A stretch of 63,799 nt of DNA, the filler included, from Chiloscyllium plagiosum (taxonomy: Eukaryota): the NCBI RefSeq assembly GCF_004010195.1. It is 3 parts of one record of this genome, joined end to end, with 100 filler letters (N's around TTAATTAATTAA, not from the genome) between each part and the next. Parts side by side here need not be neighbours in the genome. Positions count along the whole stretch, not along the records: positions 30,802 to 55,366 come from NC_057712.1; positions 55,467 to 63,799 come from NC_057712.1; 1 more part is not named here. One strand, written 5' to 3'. Below, piece by piece: positions 49,015-61,284 of the stretch (position 1 is the stretch's first letter; each line of letters begins with the position of its first letter). Below the pieces are notes generated by a model, which saw only the letters and a list, made by a program, of their open reading frames with translations, was not told the DNA's origin and searched no databases. Made by a program: the position numbers and the translations under genes.

Positions 49015-50882
49015 TTTAGATCAGGATGGAGCTGGAAAAGAACAGCAGTTCAGGCAGCATCTGAGGAGCAGGAAAATCGACGTTTCGGGCAAAAGCCCTT
49101 CATCAGGAATAGAGGCAGGAAGCCTCCAGGGTGGAGAGATAAATGGAGGGCGGGGGGGTTGGGGAGAAGGTAGCAAAGAGTACAATAGGTGAATGGAGGT
49201 GGGGTTGGAGGTGACAGGTCAGAGGGGAGGGGGAGTGGGTGGTGGGAAGGAAGATTGGCAGGTAGGACAGGTCATGAGGACATAACTGAGCTGGAAGTTT
49301 GGAACTGAGGTAAGGTGGGGGAAGGGGAAATGAGGAAACTCGTGAAGTCCACATTGATGCCCTGGGGTTGAAGTGTTCAAAGGCAGAAGATGAGGCGTTC
49401 TTCCTCCAGGCGTCGGGTGAAGGGGTCCCGGAGGTGTTCCCTTAAGCGCTCTGTGAGGAGGCGTCCAGTCTTCCCAGTGTACAGGAGACCGCATTGGGAG
49501 CAACAGACACAATAAACAATGTTGGTGGATGTGCAGGTGAAACATTGATGGATGTGGAAGGCTCCTTTGGGGCCTTGAATGATGGTGAGGGAGGAGGTGT
49601 GGGCGCAGGCTTTGCAATTCCTGCAGTGGCAGGGGAGGGTGCCAGGATGCACCAATCAACCTCACCGCCCTGTGGCCCAACATTTCAACTCCCCCTCCCA
49701 CTCTGCCGAGGACATGCAGATCCTGGGCCTCCTCCACCGCCGCTCCCTCACCACCCGACACCTGAAGGAAAAACGCCTCATCTTCCGCCTTGGAATACTT
49801 CAACGACCGGGCATTAATGTGGACTTCACCAGTTTCCTCATTTCCCCTCTCCTCACCTTACCTCAGTTCCAACCTTCCAGCTCAGCACTGTCCTCATGAC
49901 CTGTCCTACCTGTCAATCTAGGTAAAAACAATGACTGCAGATGCTGGAAACCAGAGCCTAGATTAGAGAGGTGCTGGAAAAGCATAGCAGTTCAGGCAGC
50001 ATCCAAGGAGCAGTAAAATCGACATTTCGGGCAAAAGCCCTTCATCAGGAATACAGGCAGAGAGCCTGAATTGTGGAGAGATAAGTGAGGGGAGGGGGGG
50101 GGTGGGGAGAAAGTAGCATAGAGTACAATAGGAGAGTGGGGGAGGGGATGAAGGTGATAGGTCAGGGAGGAGAGGGTGGAGTGGATAGGTGGAAAAGGAG
50201 ATAGGCAGNNNNNNNNNNNNNNNNNNNNNNNNNNNNNNNNNNNNNNNNNNNNNNNNNNNNNNNNNNNNNNNNNNNNNNNNNNNNNNNNNNNNNNNNNNNN
50301 NNNNNNNNNNNNNNNNNNNNNNNNNNNNNNNNNNNNNNNNNNNNNNNNNNNNNNNNNNNNNNNNNNNNNNNNNNNNNNNNNNNNNNNNNNNNNNNNNNNN
50401 NNNNNNNNNNNNNNNNNNNNNNNNNNNNNNNNNNNNNNNNNNNNNNNNNNNNNNNNNNNNNNNNNNNNNNNNNNNNNNNNNNNNNNNNNNNNNNNNNNNN
50501 NNNNNNNNNNNNNNNNNNNNNNNNNNNNCTACCTGACAATCCCCCTTCCCAGCTATCCACTCCACCCTCCTCTCTGACCTATCACCTCCATCCCCACCCC
50601 CATTCACCTACTGTAATCTTTGCTACCGTCCCCCACCCTCGTCTCTGATCTATCATCTCCATCCTCACCCCCAGTCACCTATTGTACTCTTTGCTACCTT
50701 CTGCCTCCCCCCTCCATTTATCTCTCCTCCCTGAAGGCTTCCTGCCTCTATTCCTGATGAGGGGCTTTTGCCCGAAACATCGATTTTCCTGCTCCTCGGA
50801 TGCTGCCTGACCTGCTGTGCTTTTCCAGCACCACTCTGATCTAAACTCTGGTTTCCAGCATCTGCAGTCCTCATTTTTGCCT
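49015..50882. mobile_element. Composite PLE insertion with GIY-YIG endonuclease remnant and three pLTR hammerheads
   Basis: Minus ORF 49377-49655: PCHCRNCKAC..FTCTSTNIVYCVCCSQCGLLYTGKTGRLLTERLREH (Cys-rich linker plus GIY-YIG); 16-bp TSD AGGAAGGAAAT(G/A)GCTG at 48999-49014 and 50883-50898. Confidence 0.9.
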
Positions 50883-51044
50883 AGGAAGGAAATAGCTGGC
50901 CATTAGGCAGAGCAATGGGAAGAGGAAGACAGCGCAGGAATCCCTTGTGGCTATTCAACTGCAAAACAGACATACCACTTCGGATACTGTTGAGGGAAAT
51001 GGCCTCACAAGGGAAATCACCAATAGAATACTCTAGAGTAGAGC

Positions 51045-51910
51045 AGAGTTGAGTAGAGAAAGTTTATTTGTCATTTCTACTATATACAGCTGCTACAATA
51101 AAAACAAAACAGCATTCCTCCAGGACCAAGGTGCTGTATGAACACAGACTATATAAGAATACAGTCATACACATGGTAGCATAAAGTGCATAGAGAAGTG
51201 CAAAGCATGCAAGACAGCACAGTAATTCCTGACAAGACAAGACAATAGGTACAGTGGTGGACAAATTACAATGTAACAATGAATGATCATTAATAAAACA
51301 TTGTTTTATAAGCAATTCAAAAAGTCGTCCGAAAATTGCAAATGGAATAGAGTGTGATTATACTGTGTTAAGGAGCCTGATGACTTGGGGGCAGAAACTA
51401 TTGCACTGTCTGGCCATGAGAGACTGAATGTTCTAGTATCTTCTGCCAGATGGCAGGAGGGAGAAGAATTTGAATGAAGGATGTGTGGAGTCACCCACAA
51501 TGTCGTTAGCCTTGCAAATGCAGCATGTGGAGTAAATGTCTGTAATGGAGGGAAGAGAGACCCCAATGATGTTCTCAGCTGTCCTCACTATCCATTATAG
51601 GGTCTTATGATCTGAGACGGTGCAATTCCCAAACCAGGCAGTGATGCAGCTGCTCAGGGTACTCTCAATTAATCCTCTGCAGAGTGTGATGAGGATGGGG
51701 AATGGAAGATGGGCTTTCCTCAACCGACAACAGGAAGCAGAGATGCTGCTGGGCTTTCTTGGCTATGGAACTGGTGTTGAAGGACCAGGTGATATTCTCC
51801 GCCAGGTGGACACTAATAAAATTCAGGCTTTTAATAATCTCCACAGGGGAGCCATCAATGTCCAGCAGAGTGATCGCTCTGTGCCTTCCTGAAGCCAACA
51901 ACCATCTCTT
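51045..51910 (-). mobile_element. Rex1/Babar-like LINE 3' fragment
   Basis: LLDIDGSPVEIIKSLNFISVHLAENITWSFNTSSIAKKAQQHLCFL; (GAGTA)n-like tail at about 51035-51060. Confidence 0.75.
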
Positions 51911-52029
51911 TAGTTCAACAGCCACATATATTGGATAAAGTTGGCTCTGCTGCACAACGGAGTAGCAGAAATTATTGGGATGCAATAGTTATGGTGTATT
52001 CAATTGTAAAGTGAATAGATTTGTATTTC

Positions 52030-53010
52030 CGTGGTCACAAATGAAACAAATGGATGGTATGTTGCCTCCCTGGTGATTGGGTCAAGGATGTTTCAGAGCA
52101 GCTGGAGGATATTCTGGTAGTAGTGGTGGGGATGATGAACAGCCAGCAGTCATGGTACAATAAGGGGTGAGGTACCAAAGGCAAAATAAAGGGTGTTAGG
52201 AAGTAGGTTAAAATGTAGGACCTCAAAAGTAGGATCTCGTGCTAGTCAGAGTAGAAATAACAGGATATATTAGATGAAAATGTGCTTGACAATATGATAA
52301 AGGGGGAAGATTTCAGATTCCAAGTTCTGGAGAAGATGAGACCAGTACAAACTAGATCAGTTTCACCTGGGCAGGATGAGAACTGACGTCCAGAGGGAGT
52401 ATTTACTGGATCGTTTAGGGAGAGTTTAAACTAAAATTGCAGGGGGTTGAGTCAGAAGAAGAGGAGCCAAGAACAACCACAAAAGACAGAAAGGGGAATA
52501 TGAAAAATGATAGGCAGAGGAATTAAGAGCCAGGATCAAACAAGGCTACAGTGAAAAATTAGGGTTAAGAGACAAGTAATGTTAAGAATACAAGTCTCAA
52601 GGCTTTGTGTCTTATTGTGCAACATATTCGCAATAAAGTGGATGAATTAATTGCACAAATACATGAAAGATGACCACCAATGTCCAAGAAGTTGTGGATG
52701 AATTGGTAGTTATCTCTCATGATTCTTTAGACTCTGTAACAGTTTGTATGGATTACAGGGTAGCTAATGTAAACCTCATTATTTAAATTAAAAGGAGGCA
52801 AAGAGAAGATCGGTAATTATAGACCAATTAGCCTGACATCAGTCATGGGGTAAATAGTGAAGTTCATCATAAAAGTCCATTAATAGCAGTGCACTTGGGA
52901 AAATGTGACAGGATCTCCACAGAGTCGATATAGATTTAGAGAAGTGAAATCAAGTTGACAAATCTCGTGGAATTCCTCGAGAATGTAACTCAGAGATTTG
53001 AAGAGGGCGA
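52030..53010 (+). mobile_element. Degenerate CR1 fragments
   Basis: TGTTGCCTCCCTGGTG..GGTCAAGGATGT (ORF1-like); GGTAATTATAGACCAATTAGCCTGAC (GNYRPISL). Confidence 0.65.
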
Positions 53011-53081
53011 GTTTATTTGTACATCCAGTTCACTCTAGCTGAACCTAACCTTATTTTATTTTAATTCCTGTTATTTAGGTT

Positions 53082-54580
53082 AAAAATCACATGACACTGG
53101 TTCATAGTCCAGCGAGTTTATTTGAAAACATTAACTTTCAGAGTGCTGTTCCTTTATCAGGTGCTAGTGAGAGAGGAAGACCTTAAACAGAGAATTTGTA
53201 ATGAAAAACAATCAAAGGGTCATACAACCCATGCAAACAAATTGAGCACATCTAACATGGCTCTTAAATCTTTAATCAGCAAGAATGGACATGCAGGTTT
53301 CAATTGATTAATATGCAAATCCCAGATTTGTTTTCAAGTCACTGCCCCGAGATAACTTAAGGTGTTATCAATATAAAGGAGGTGACATCTTGGGTCAGAC
53401 AATGTATTTTAGGCATGAGGTCTTTTTTGGAGTCTGTCTGTGTCTTAACCTGGAGTTGGATTGGTTTTATTTCCAAAATAGGATCTTAAAAAATGCCACA
53501 TTGACCAACTGTCTACAAATTGCGTGCCTTTTGAATAAAATAGAATGTATTTGCAAACACAAATTTGCAAACACAAACACAGATTTATATGTGCGAGTGT
53601 GCATGTTTGTGTGGGCGGGGAGAGAGAGAGAATATGTGTTTGAGAGAGTGGGTGCAAGTATGAGGGACTCTATGCATCTGAGTGTGTGCATGTGCATGCG
53701 CGCATGTGTGTATGCAACACTGCATGTTTAATAGAGTGTGTGTGCAAGTGTGAGGGATGAGATGCATCTGAGAGTGTGTGTATATGAGAATGTGGGTGTG
53801 TATGAGAGAAGGTCTGTGAGAGTGTCTGTATGCTTGTGTGAGAGTGTGTGTGTGCGCGTTTACGTGTGCATGTGCGAATGTATAGTTTGGTGGGGTCAGC
53901 TGTAGTGTGATATGAACCCAAGGTCCTGGTGGAGGCCATCCTCATGGGTAATGAACTTAGCTATCAGCCTCTGCTCAGCAACTCTGCATTGTTGTGTATC
54001 ACAAACTCTGCCTTGGAGGTCATTTACCCAAAGATATGAGGCCAAATGTCCTTGACTGCTGAAATGTTCCCCCAGTGGGAGGAAACATCCCTGTCTGGTG
54101 ATGTTTGCATGGTGTCCATTTATCTGTTGTCATAGCATCTGCATGGGTTCACCCAATATGCCTTGCCTTGGGGCATCCTTGCCTTCAACGTACAAGATAT
54201 ACAACATTGGCCGAGTCATATGAGTATCTGCCGTGCACGTGGTTGGTGGTGTCCCCATGTTAATGGTAGCATCCATGTCAATGGTCTGACATGTCTTGCA
54301 GGGGCTGCCCTGACAGGATTGTATGGTGTTATGGCTGAGGATTTCCTGAAGGGTGGGTAGTTTGTTGCAGACATTGGTCTGTTTAAGGTTTGGCAAGAAG
54401 ACTTGAAGTGGAGGCGTAATAAAGATTTTAGCGAGGGGTTAATTATCATCAATGATGTGTTGCAGGCTACAAAGAAAATTGCATAGTCTCTCTATGCCTG
54501 TTGTGTGTGTCTGAATGAAGAACTAGTTGTCAAAGGTGAAGACGTTGTGGTCAAGGATGAAGCGGAGGAATTGTAGCATG
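53082..54580 (-). mobile_element. Second PLE-like family, degenerate (RT, Cys linker, (CA)-rich 3' region)
   Basis: Minus remnants LQFLRFILDHNVFTFDN and CQGSPCKTCQTIDMD; decayed hammerhead-like CTGATAAAGGAACAGCACTCTGAAA at about 53136-53160; related terminus at about 220-300. Confidence 0.65.
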
Positions 54581-54810
54581 GTTGATTCCTGGGCTGGAAG
54601 TGGTGTACTATGAGGAAAACGTGAGTAGTTCTGATTTATACTCAACAGTATATAAAATTCTAACATGCAGACTTGGCAGCTCCCATCTCCTTCCTTCCTT
54701 GGAAACTGGAAAACAGTGATGACAGTTCCATATTGTAGACAATATCTAAGGACACCCGCAACCAATAAACATGAAAATGTACATCAAAAAGGTAAAGACA
54801 TAATTCTTAC

Positions 54811-54910
54811 CTTATTTACAAACATTAACTCTCCTGCATAGTGCTGGATAATACGTTCAACTATAACTTCAATCTCTGACTCAAGGGATGGTATATTCAA
54901 ACTCTGAAAT
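54811..54910 (-). CDS. dnah8: Axonemal dynein heavy chain (DNAH8-like) coding exon, N-terminal tail
   Basis: Minus strand: ttgttttactAG | A + 33 codons FQSLNIPSLESEIEVIVERIIQHYAGELMFVNK | GTAAGA. 100 bp. Aligns without gaps to recalled human DNAH8 FQKLNIPCLGLEINHTIERILQYYVAELDATKK. Confidence 0.88.
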
Positions 54911-55103
54911 CTAGTAAAACAAATTTATCACATACAAACTGAAATCTAATATTGCTGCCATAAGTCTCAAGCATGACTCCTTCATAATTTATTCAAACTA
55001 CATTTTGATTTTCTTTTGATTTTCCCTAAGAATTCTAAGAAACAAGTCTAGAATTGAAGAATATATTTTCATTCTTTTCAAACTGAAGAATGAATAATCA
55101 TTA

Positions 55104-55366
55104 GGGTGCAGGACCTGGAGTGTAGGGAGGTTAGGAACATGGCATCAATCTCAGAGGGTGCCTGTAAACAGGAAAGTAGCTTGAAGTGTGTATACTTCAA
55201 TGCAAGAAGTATACAAAATAAGGTAGGTGAACTTGCAGCGTGGGTTGGTACCTGGGATTTCGATGTTGTGGCTATTACGGAGACATGGGTAGAACAGGGA
55301 CAGGATTGGCTGTTGCAGGTTCCAGGGTTTAAATGTTTTAGTAGGGTCAGAAGTGGGGGTAAAAGA
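55104..55366 (+). mobile_element. CR1 ORF2 5' end (APE endonuclease) running into a gap
   Basis: LKCVYFNARSIQNKVGEL..FDVVAITETW. Confidence 0.9.
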
Positions 55367-55466
55367 NNNNNNNNNNNNNNNNNNNNNNNNNNNNNNNNNN
55401 NNNNNNNNNNTTAATTAATTAANNNNNNNNNNNNNNNNNNNNNNNNNNNNNNNNNNNNNNNNNNNN
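55367..55466. other. Artificial scaffold spacer N44-TTAATTAATTAA-N44
   Basis: 100 nt, identical in structure to 30702-30801. Confidence 0.95.
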
Positions 55467-55851
55467 GGATCTGATTGAGACATATTAGATTATTAAAGGA
55501 TTGGACACTCTGGAGGCAGGAAACATGTTTCCGCTGATGGGTGAGTGCCGAACCAGAGGACACAGCTTAAAAATACGGGGTAGACCATTTAGAACAGAGA
55601 TGAGGAGAAACCTCTTCACCCAGAGAGTGGTGGCTGTGCGGAATGCTCTGCCCCAGAGGGCAGTGGAGGCCCAGTCTCTGGATTCATTTAAGAAAGAGTT
55701 GAATAGAGCTCTCAAAGATAGTGGAATCAAGGGTTATGGAGATAAGGCAGGAACAGGATACTGATTAGGAATGATCAGCCATGATCATGTTGAATGGCGG
55801 CGCAGGCTCGAAGGGCTGAATGGCCTACTCCTGCACCTATTGTCTATTGTC
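55467..55851 (+). mobile_element. CR1 3' end
   Basis: TRGHSLKIRG..FTQRVVAVRNALP; tail TATTGTCTATTGTC. Confidence 0.9.
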
Positions 55852-56029
55852 GACCTCCACCACTAATTCAAACAGCAAATTCCAAACACCCGCCACCCTC
55901 TGCATAAAAATATTTTTTGTCATATCCCCTCAAAGGCTTCTGCTACCTAACTTGAAAACACAACCCCTGGGGTTTGAACTCTCTGTCAAGAGAAACCAGG
56001 TTTCTCCGGTCTGCTCTGTCCCTACCCCT

Positions 56030-56741
56030 TGTTCCGACACGGGGTAAACCCTCCTACTTAATTTAAAACCAGCAACACAGAAAAGATTTATCCCATGCAA
56101 TAATCTGAAAAAATTCGAATGGCCAAGAACTATTTAAAATAAAAATTAACAACTTTATTTCTTAAAGTATAACAGAGAATAATTAACTAACAACTATGTA
56201 CAAGTCCTTACTCTAATCTATCTTTTACCCTCCCTTCTATAATGCTAGTCCAATAAAACTCCCAATTAAGATTAACAACACAACACTTCTTATCTCAAAG
56301 CCAGGCAGCTTTTGGTTCTTCTATTTAGATCTTCCTGTGTCTTTTTGTCTTCTTAGGGATTCTGCTTCACAGGTTACTGATCAATAAAGGTACTTTTAAG
56401 AGAGCTTTTTTTCAGGCAGTCTGTTATCCGCTAGGTCCTGGCAGTTCTCCTCCCAACTGTTCAATTTTCCCCCAGTCTTATACCCAAGAGCATAGGATTG
56501 TGTCATTGGCTTTTAAGATTGTCAATATACTCAATACAAACTTGATTGGTCATTGGTATTTTTTGGGGGCATAATTTAAACAGATTGGTCTAATTCGATT
56601 CTGTTTTTGTCATTTCCAGGCAACCAACTACACCAGCAGCTGGAGCCCATGTTATATCGTTTGTTATTGAAAACACTTGGCTTTATCACTGCTAGCTTTT
56701 AACTCTCTCAAAAGGGATAGTTCATTCACATCTTCATAACA
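56030..56741 (-). mobile_element. Solo LTR-like insertion (712 bp)
   Basis: TG...CA termini; reverse complement begins TGTTATGAAG like 37418; flanks CCCT/CACT (TSD with one mismatch); interrupts CR1. Confidence 0.7.
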
Positions 56742-58391
56742 CACTCACTATCTTGTACACCTCAATCAGGTCACCCCTCAGCCTCCACTGTTCCAAGAAA
56801 ACAACCCCAACCTCTCCAATCTCTCCTCCATAACTACAATTCTCCAGACCCAACAACATTCTAATAAATCTTGTCTGCACGTTCTCTAGAGCAATTACGA
56901 CCTTTCTGTAATGTGGTGACCAAAACTGTACACAATAGAACTGTTTGGCCTCACCAGCATCTTTTACAGTTTCATCATATATCCCTAATTTTGTATTCTA
57001 TACTTCTGCCAACAAAGGACAGCATTCCATATCCCTTCTTTACAATCTTATTTATCAGTACTGCTACTTTCAGAGAGATGTGCACTTACATGACAAGATC
57101 TCTCTCTTCATCCACCCTGTCAGCATATTCCTGTTTTATTATGTTTCCCCTTTACTGATTGATCTCCCAAAATGCATAGAAAATAACATTTTATCAGAGT
57201 TGAATCCCATCTGCTAATTTCCTGCCCAATCTATCAGTATCATTTTGGAGCTTACAGCGATCCTCTATGCTAACCATTACATGGCCAATTTTTATGTTGT
57301 CTGCAAATTTCCCAATTGTACCCCCAAGTTCAAGACCAAATCATTAATGTATAAAACAAACAGGAGAGTTCCCAACGCCAAGCTCTGTGATACACCACCT
57401 GAAACAGCTTTCGATTCACAAGGGCAACCATCAACCATTACCCTTTGTTTACTATTACTAATCAACCATTACCCTTTGTTTACTGTTACTTTGGATCCAA
57501 TTCAACACATTACCCTGTATCCAATAGGTTTTGACCAGTCTGCCATGTGGGACCTTGTCAAATGCCTTACTAAAATTTATGTAGATAAGATCCACGGCAC
57601 TCCCATCATTGAATTTTTTGAGAACATAACAAGGAGGATCAAATCTGTAAGGCATGGCATACCCTTAACAAAACAATGCTGTTATGCCTGAATAGTCCAC
57701 ACCTTTCTAGGTTACAATTTAACCACCAATGAAGTGAGACGGATTTGCCTATAATTGTTTGGAATTTCCTTTGTACCCTTTTAAAAATGGAACCATATTT
57801 GCATTCCTCCAGTCCTCCAGCACCTCACCTGTGTCCAGTGAAGACCGAAAAATAATCCTCAGAACATCTGTTTCCTCCCAACCTCCTTTCAGATCTGAGG
57901 GAACACTTTCAAGAATTCCAACTACTCTACCCTCCCTCATTCCAATTATTTTGTCCAATATTTCACACTGCTCCAATTGGATTGCTCTATAGATTAAAAA
58001 TTCATTTTAAATTCTTACCATATCCTCTGCATCTTCACAACAAGTTCCCTTCATCTTTGATAGGTCTCACTTTTTCGTCAACATTTTTTTGCTCTTTATA
58101 TACTAGTAAAAGATCTTTGGGTTTCCTTTATCTTGCTTGCTAATATACGCTCTCTTTGATCTCCTTATTTTTGTTTTTTTTTACTCGATTCCTGTACTTT
58201 CTATGCTCCTGTAGACCATCTGCAGTGTTGAGTTTTCTGCAACTATAATAAGTTTTGTTTTTCTATTTAATCTTCCTCTTAAGGCAACCATGGGACTCTA
58301 GATTTGGCAGTACCATTCTTATTTTTGAAGAGGATATATCTGCTTGTGCCCTAAAGATCTCACTTATTTGTGCCTCCCACTGGTTTATCAC

Positions 58392-59061
58392 TGTTAGAAA
58401 CGAGTTTAATAAAATTAGACGAGACCACCAAAACTGGAAACAAGACAATTTATTCTACGATCTTGCAAGAAAGGGCATCAAATGCAGAAGCAAATGGGCA
58501 ATGAGCATTCAAACTAGTACATAGTTATACTTTTGAGCTGCGTGAGGTCACCTCTTCTGACTCCTACATTACCCAATCAACTTTATTCTCTGACTAATTT
58601 GCAATCCGCTCTTATTATTCCCCCCCCCCTTCTCCAAGTTGGCGACCCTTCCCTCTGTAAGTGCTGACATAAGGGAGATTTTGCTAAACTTGGATCTTGA
58701 TGTTCCTTTCACTTTATCTGTTTGTTTGTAACATCTTCCATTGTTCATAGGCACATTCAATTCCTGAATATTTTAACAATGTGTCTTTTCTTGCCTAGTT
58801 TATGTGTTTCAGCTAACTCAGCTATTTTGCTGAGACTAAATTATTTAAACTATCATGATGAAAGAAATTATTTACTAGAATAATTATGCACTAAAGTTAG
58901 TACCCAATTATCCACAATTATATACATTTCCCTAGTGCTTGCTGATTTACTCATTGTCTGCAGCTGTCCTTTACACTCAACTTATCAGCACTATACTTTA
59001 GCTTATTATCACTACCTTTTTGCTATATCTGCAAAAACAACACACTTCCCCATTTCTTACA
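58392..59061. mobile_element. Possible solo LTR (670 bp)
   Basis: TGTTAG...CTTACA termini with TCAC/CCAC flanks; CR1 sequence resumes on both sides. Confidence 0.5.
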
Positions 59062-59482
59062 CCACTGATTTATCCTTTAGCAGTCCTGTCCAGTCCACTT
59101 TAGCCTAATCGCTCCTCAGTTTTGAAAGATTTGCCTCCTCCACACCCAACCAATTTAAAACTTCTACTCTTGATTTATCGCTGTTCTTTTCCATAATAAT
59201 ACTAAATCTAACCAGATTGTAGTTACTATCCTTGACATGGTCGACCACTGGCACATCACCCATATCCTCATTTCACAAAATTAAACCCAGAATTGCATCT
59301 CCTCTCATTGGGTTTGTCATTTTTTAAAATTCCTGGACATGGTATGTGAATTTTTCACCCTCAATGCCCCTTAAATTGTTTGAAATTTGGGATAGTTAAA
59401 GTCTCCTACTATTATTGCCCTCTTATTCCTACTGGCAGAAATTGTCTATAACCCCTATGTTCTTCTATCTCCCTCTAACTAC

Positions 59483-59704
59483 ACGGTCTGTGTGGAGTTT
59501 GCACATTCTCCCCGTGTCTGCGTGGGTTTCCTCTAGGTGCGCCGGTTTCCTCCCACAGTCCAAAGATGTGCAGGTTAGGTGAACTGGCCATTCTAAATTG
59601 CCTGTAGTGTTAGGTGAAGGGGTAAATGTAAGGAAATGGGTCTGGGTGGGTTGCTCATCAGAGGGTCGGTGTGGACTTGTTGGGCCAAAGGGCAATCTAA
59701 TCTA
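59483..59704 (+). mobile_element. 5'-truncated V-SINE
   Basis: TGTGTGGAGTTTGCACATTCTCCCCGTGTCTGCGTGGGTTTCC; tail AATCTAATCT. Confidence 0.85.
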
Positions 59705-60553
59705 AAAAGACCCGCAAGGATATTTGCCCCAGCTCTACTCAGGTGCAACCCAGAAGGCTTGTATAGGTCATAACAGTCCCAATGCCTCAAGAATTTAACC
59801 TCCATTTCTCCAGCCACATTCATCTGATCAATCCTCATTTCTTCTGTCTGTAGCACATGGCACTGAAACTAATCCTGAACGAACTACATTTGAGGTCCTA
59901 CATTTTAATTTGTCACCTAATTCCTTTATTGAGCTTTCAGGTCCTTATCCCTTTGTTTACCTATGTCGTTGCTAACCTATGTCATTGCTAACTATGTGCA
60001 CCATGACCACTATTCACCCTCTCACTCCCAGAATGTCCTGCAGCCACTCAGTGACCTCCATGACCCTGGTGCCAGAGAGGCAATGTGCCATTTTGGATTA
60101 ATGTCTGCACCTGAAGAACACTTGCCTGACCCCTTACAATTTAATCCCCTATCACTATAGACCTGCCGCTCATTTTCCTCCCCTTCTTTGCAGCAGAACC
60201 TCCAGTGGAGCCATGAACTTGGCTAATGCTGCTTTCCCTTGAGTGACTACTCCCCCAACCCCAATCCTCACACAATAACCAAAGCAGTTTGACAGGGAAA
60301 TGAGAACCATCAGGAACGCTTACACTTCCATCCTGATGCTTTCATTTTGCCTGATGGTCACCCATTTAATTTCTGCCAGATTTATTCTCACTTTTAGTGT
60401 GACCACCTCATTTAAACATACTATCCACAGCATTTTCAGCATCACAGATGCTCCACAGTGAGTCTACCTGCTACTCCAGCTCAGAAAAGTGGTTAGCCGA
60501 TAGATCTGGCTATACACAGTCTTGCATCCATCGTCATCAGGGACACAAAGCAT

Positions 60554-61255
60554 TGTAATGAAGCTGGGTAGAAATAATAGTGAGTTGAAAAGAATGTACA
60601 TCCCCTATTCAGCTGGTTGCTGTTTTGATAACATTTCAATTGATTTAAACCAAACACTCAGCCCCTCAAAGCCAACTGAATTTAAAATTTGATGATGTTG
60701 ACAGCCTGAAACCAATCCAACCATAAGAATTTCAGGTGTAATCAGGGGTATAATTGGGTGGGTGGAAGAGAGCAACTGCTATTGAAAGAGAACCAGCAGC
60801 TTTGAACAGCTCTGAAAGAAAGCATGCTCTATTAAAAAGGTACCAAGGAACTTTATACAAAGGTACTCACAATAAAAAGAAATCATAGGCAGCCCAGTGA
60901 GAAGAGAGCAGATTTGGAAGACCGAAGGAAGACAGCATAAGAGACTGTATGGACTTTCAGAGGTTAAGTTAATTTTAATAGTTTAATAGTTGTTATTGGA
61001 TTAGCATTTTAATAGAGTTGGGGTTAGATAGTGTTTTTTAAGAAAAAAAGTGGCTTGGGTTTGTTAACAGGTTTTGTTCAGTGTTCACTGTTAGAGTTAG
61101 GAAAATAGGAAAATTAACCTGTTATTTTTCTTTAAACAGTGGAAATCAGGGGTTTACTTTCACTCCCTCATATTTTTAACAGATTACAGGTGAGGTGAAC
61201 TTCTCTGATGTTTTAGTTTTACTTTGCAGAGGGGTTCAACCTCCATGTTGTAACA
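60554..61255 (+). mobile_element. Solo LTR-like element (about 700 bp)
   Basis: TGTAATGAAG...TGTAACA termini; internal similarity to 37418 and 56030; no clean TSD. Confidence 0.6.
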
Positions 61256-61284
61256 CATTATCCTGGACAAGCCCTCATTAAAGT

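Larger units (their letters stand above)
55855..60540 (-). mobile_element. Long degenerate CR1 LINE with nested insertions
   Basis: AVDLIYINFSKAFDKVPHGRL; LEDWRNANMVPFLKG; ORF1-like FLRHWD..GLHLSRAGANILAG. Confidence 0.8.

Noticed and set aside
53570..53880. His/Thr-rich ORFs
   Set aside because: Products of degenerate (TG/CA)n sequence inside a PLE-like 3' region.
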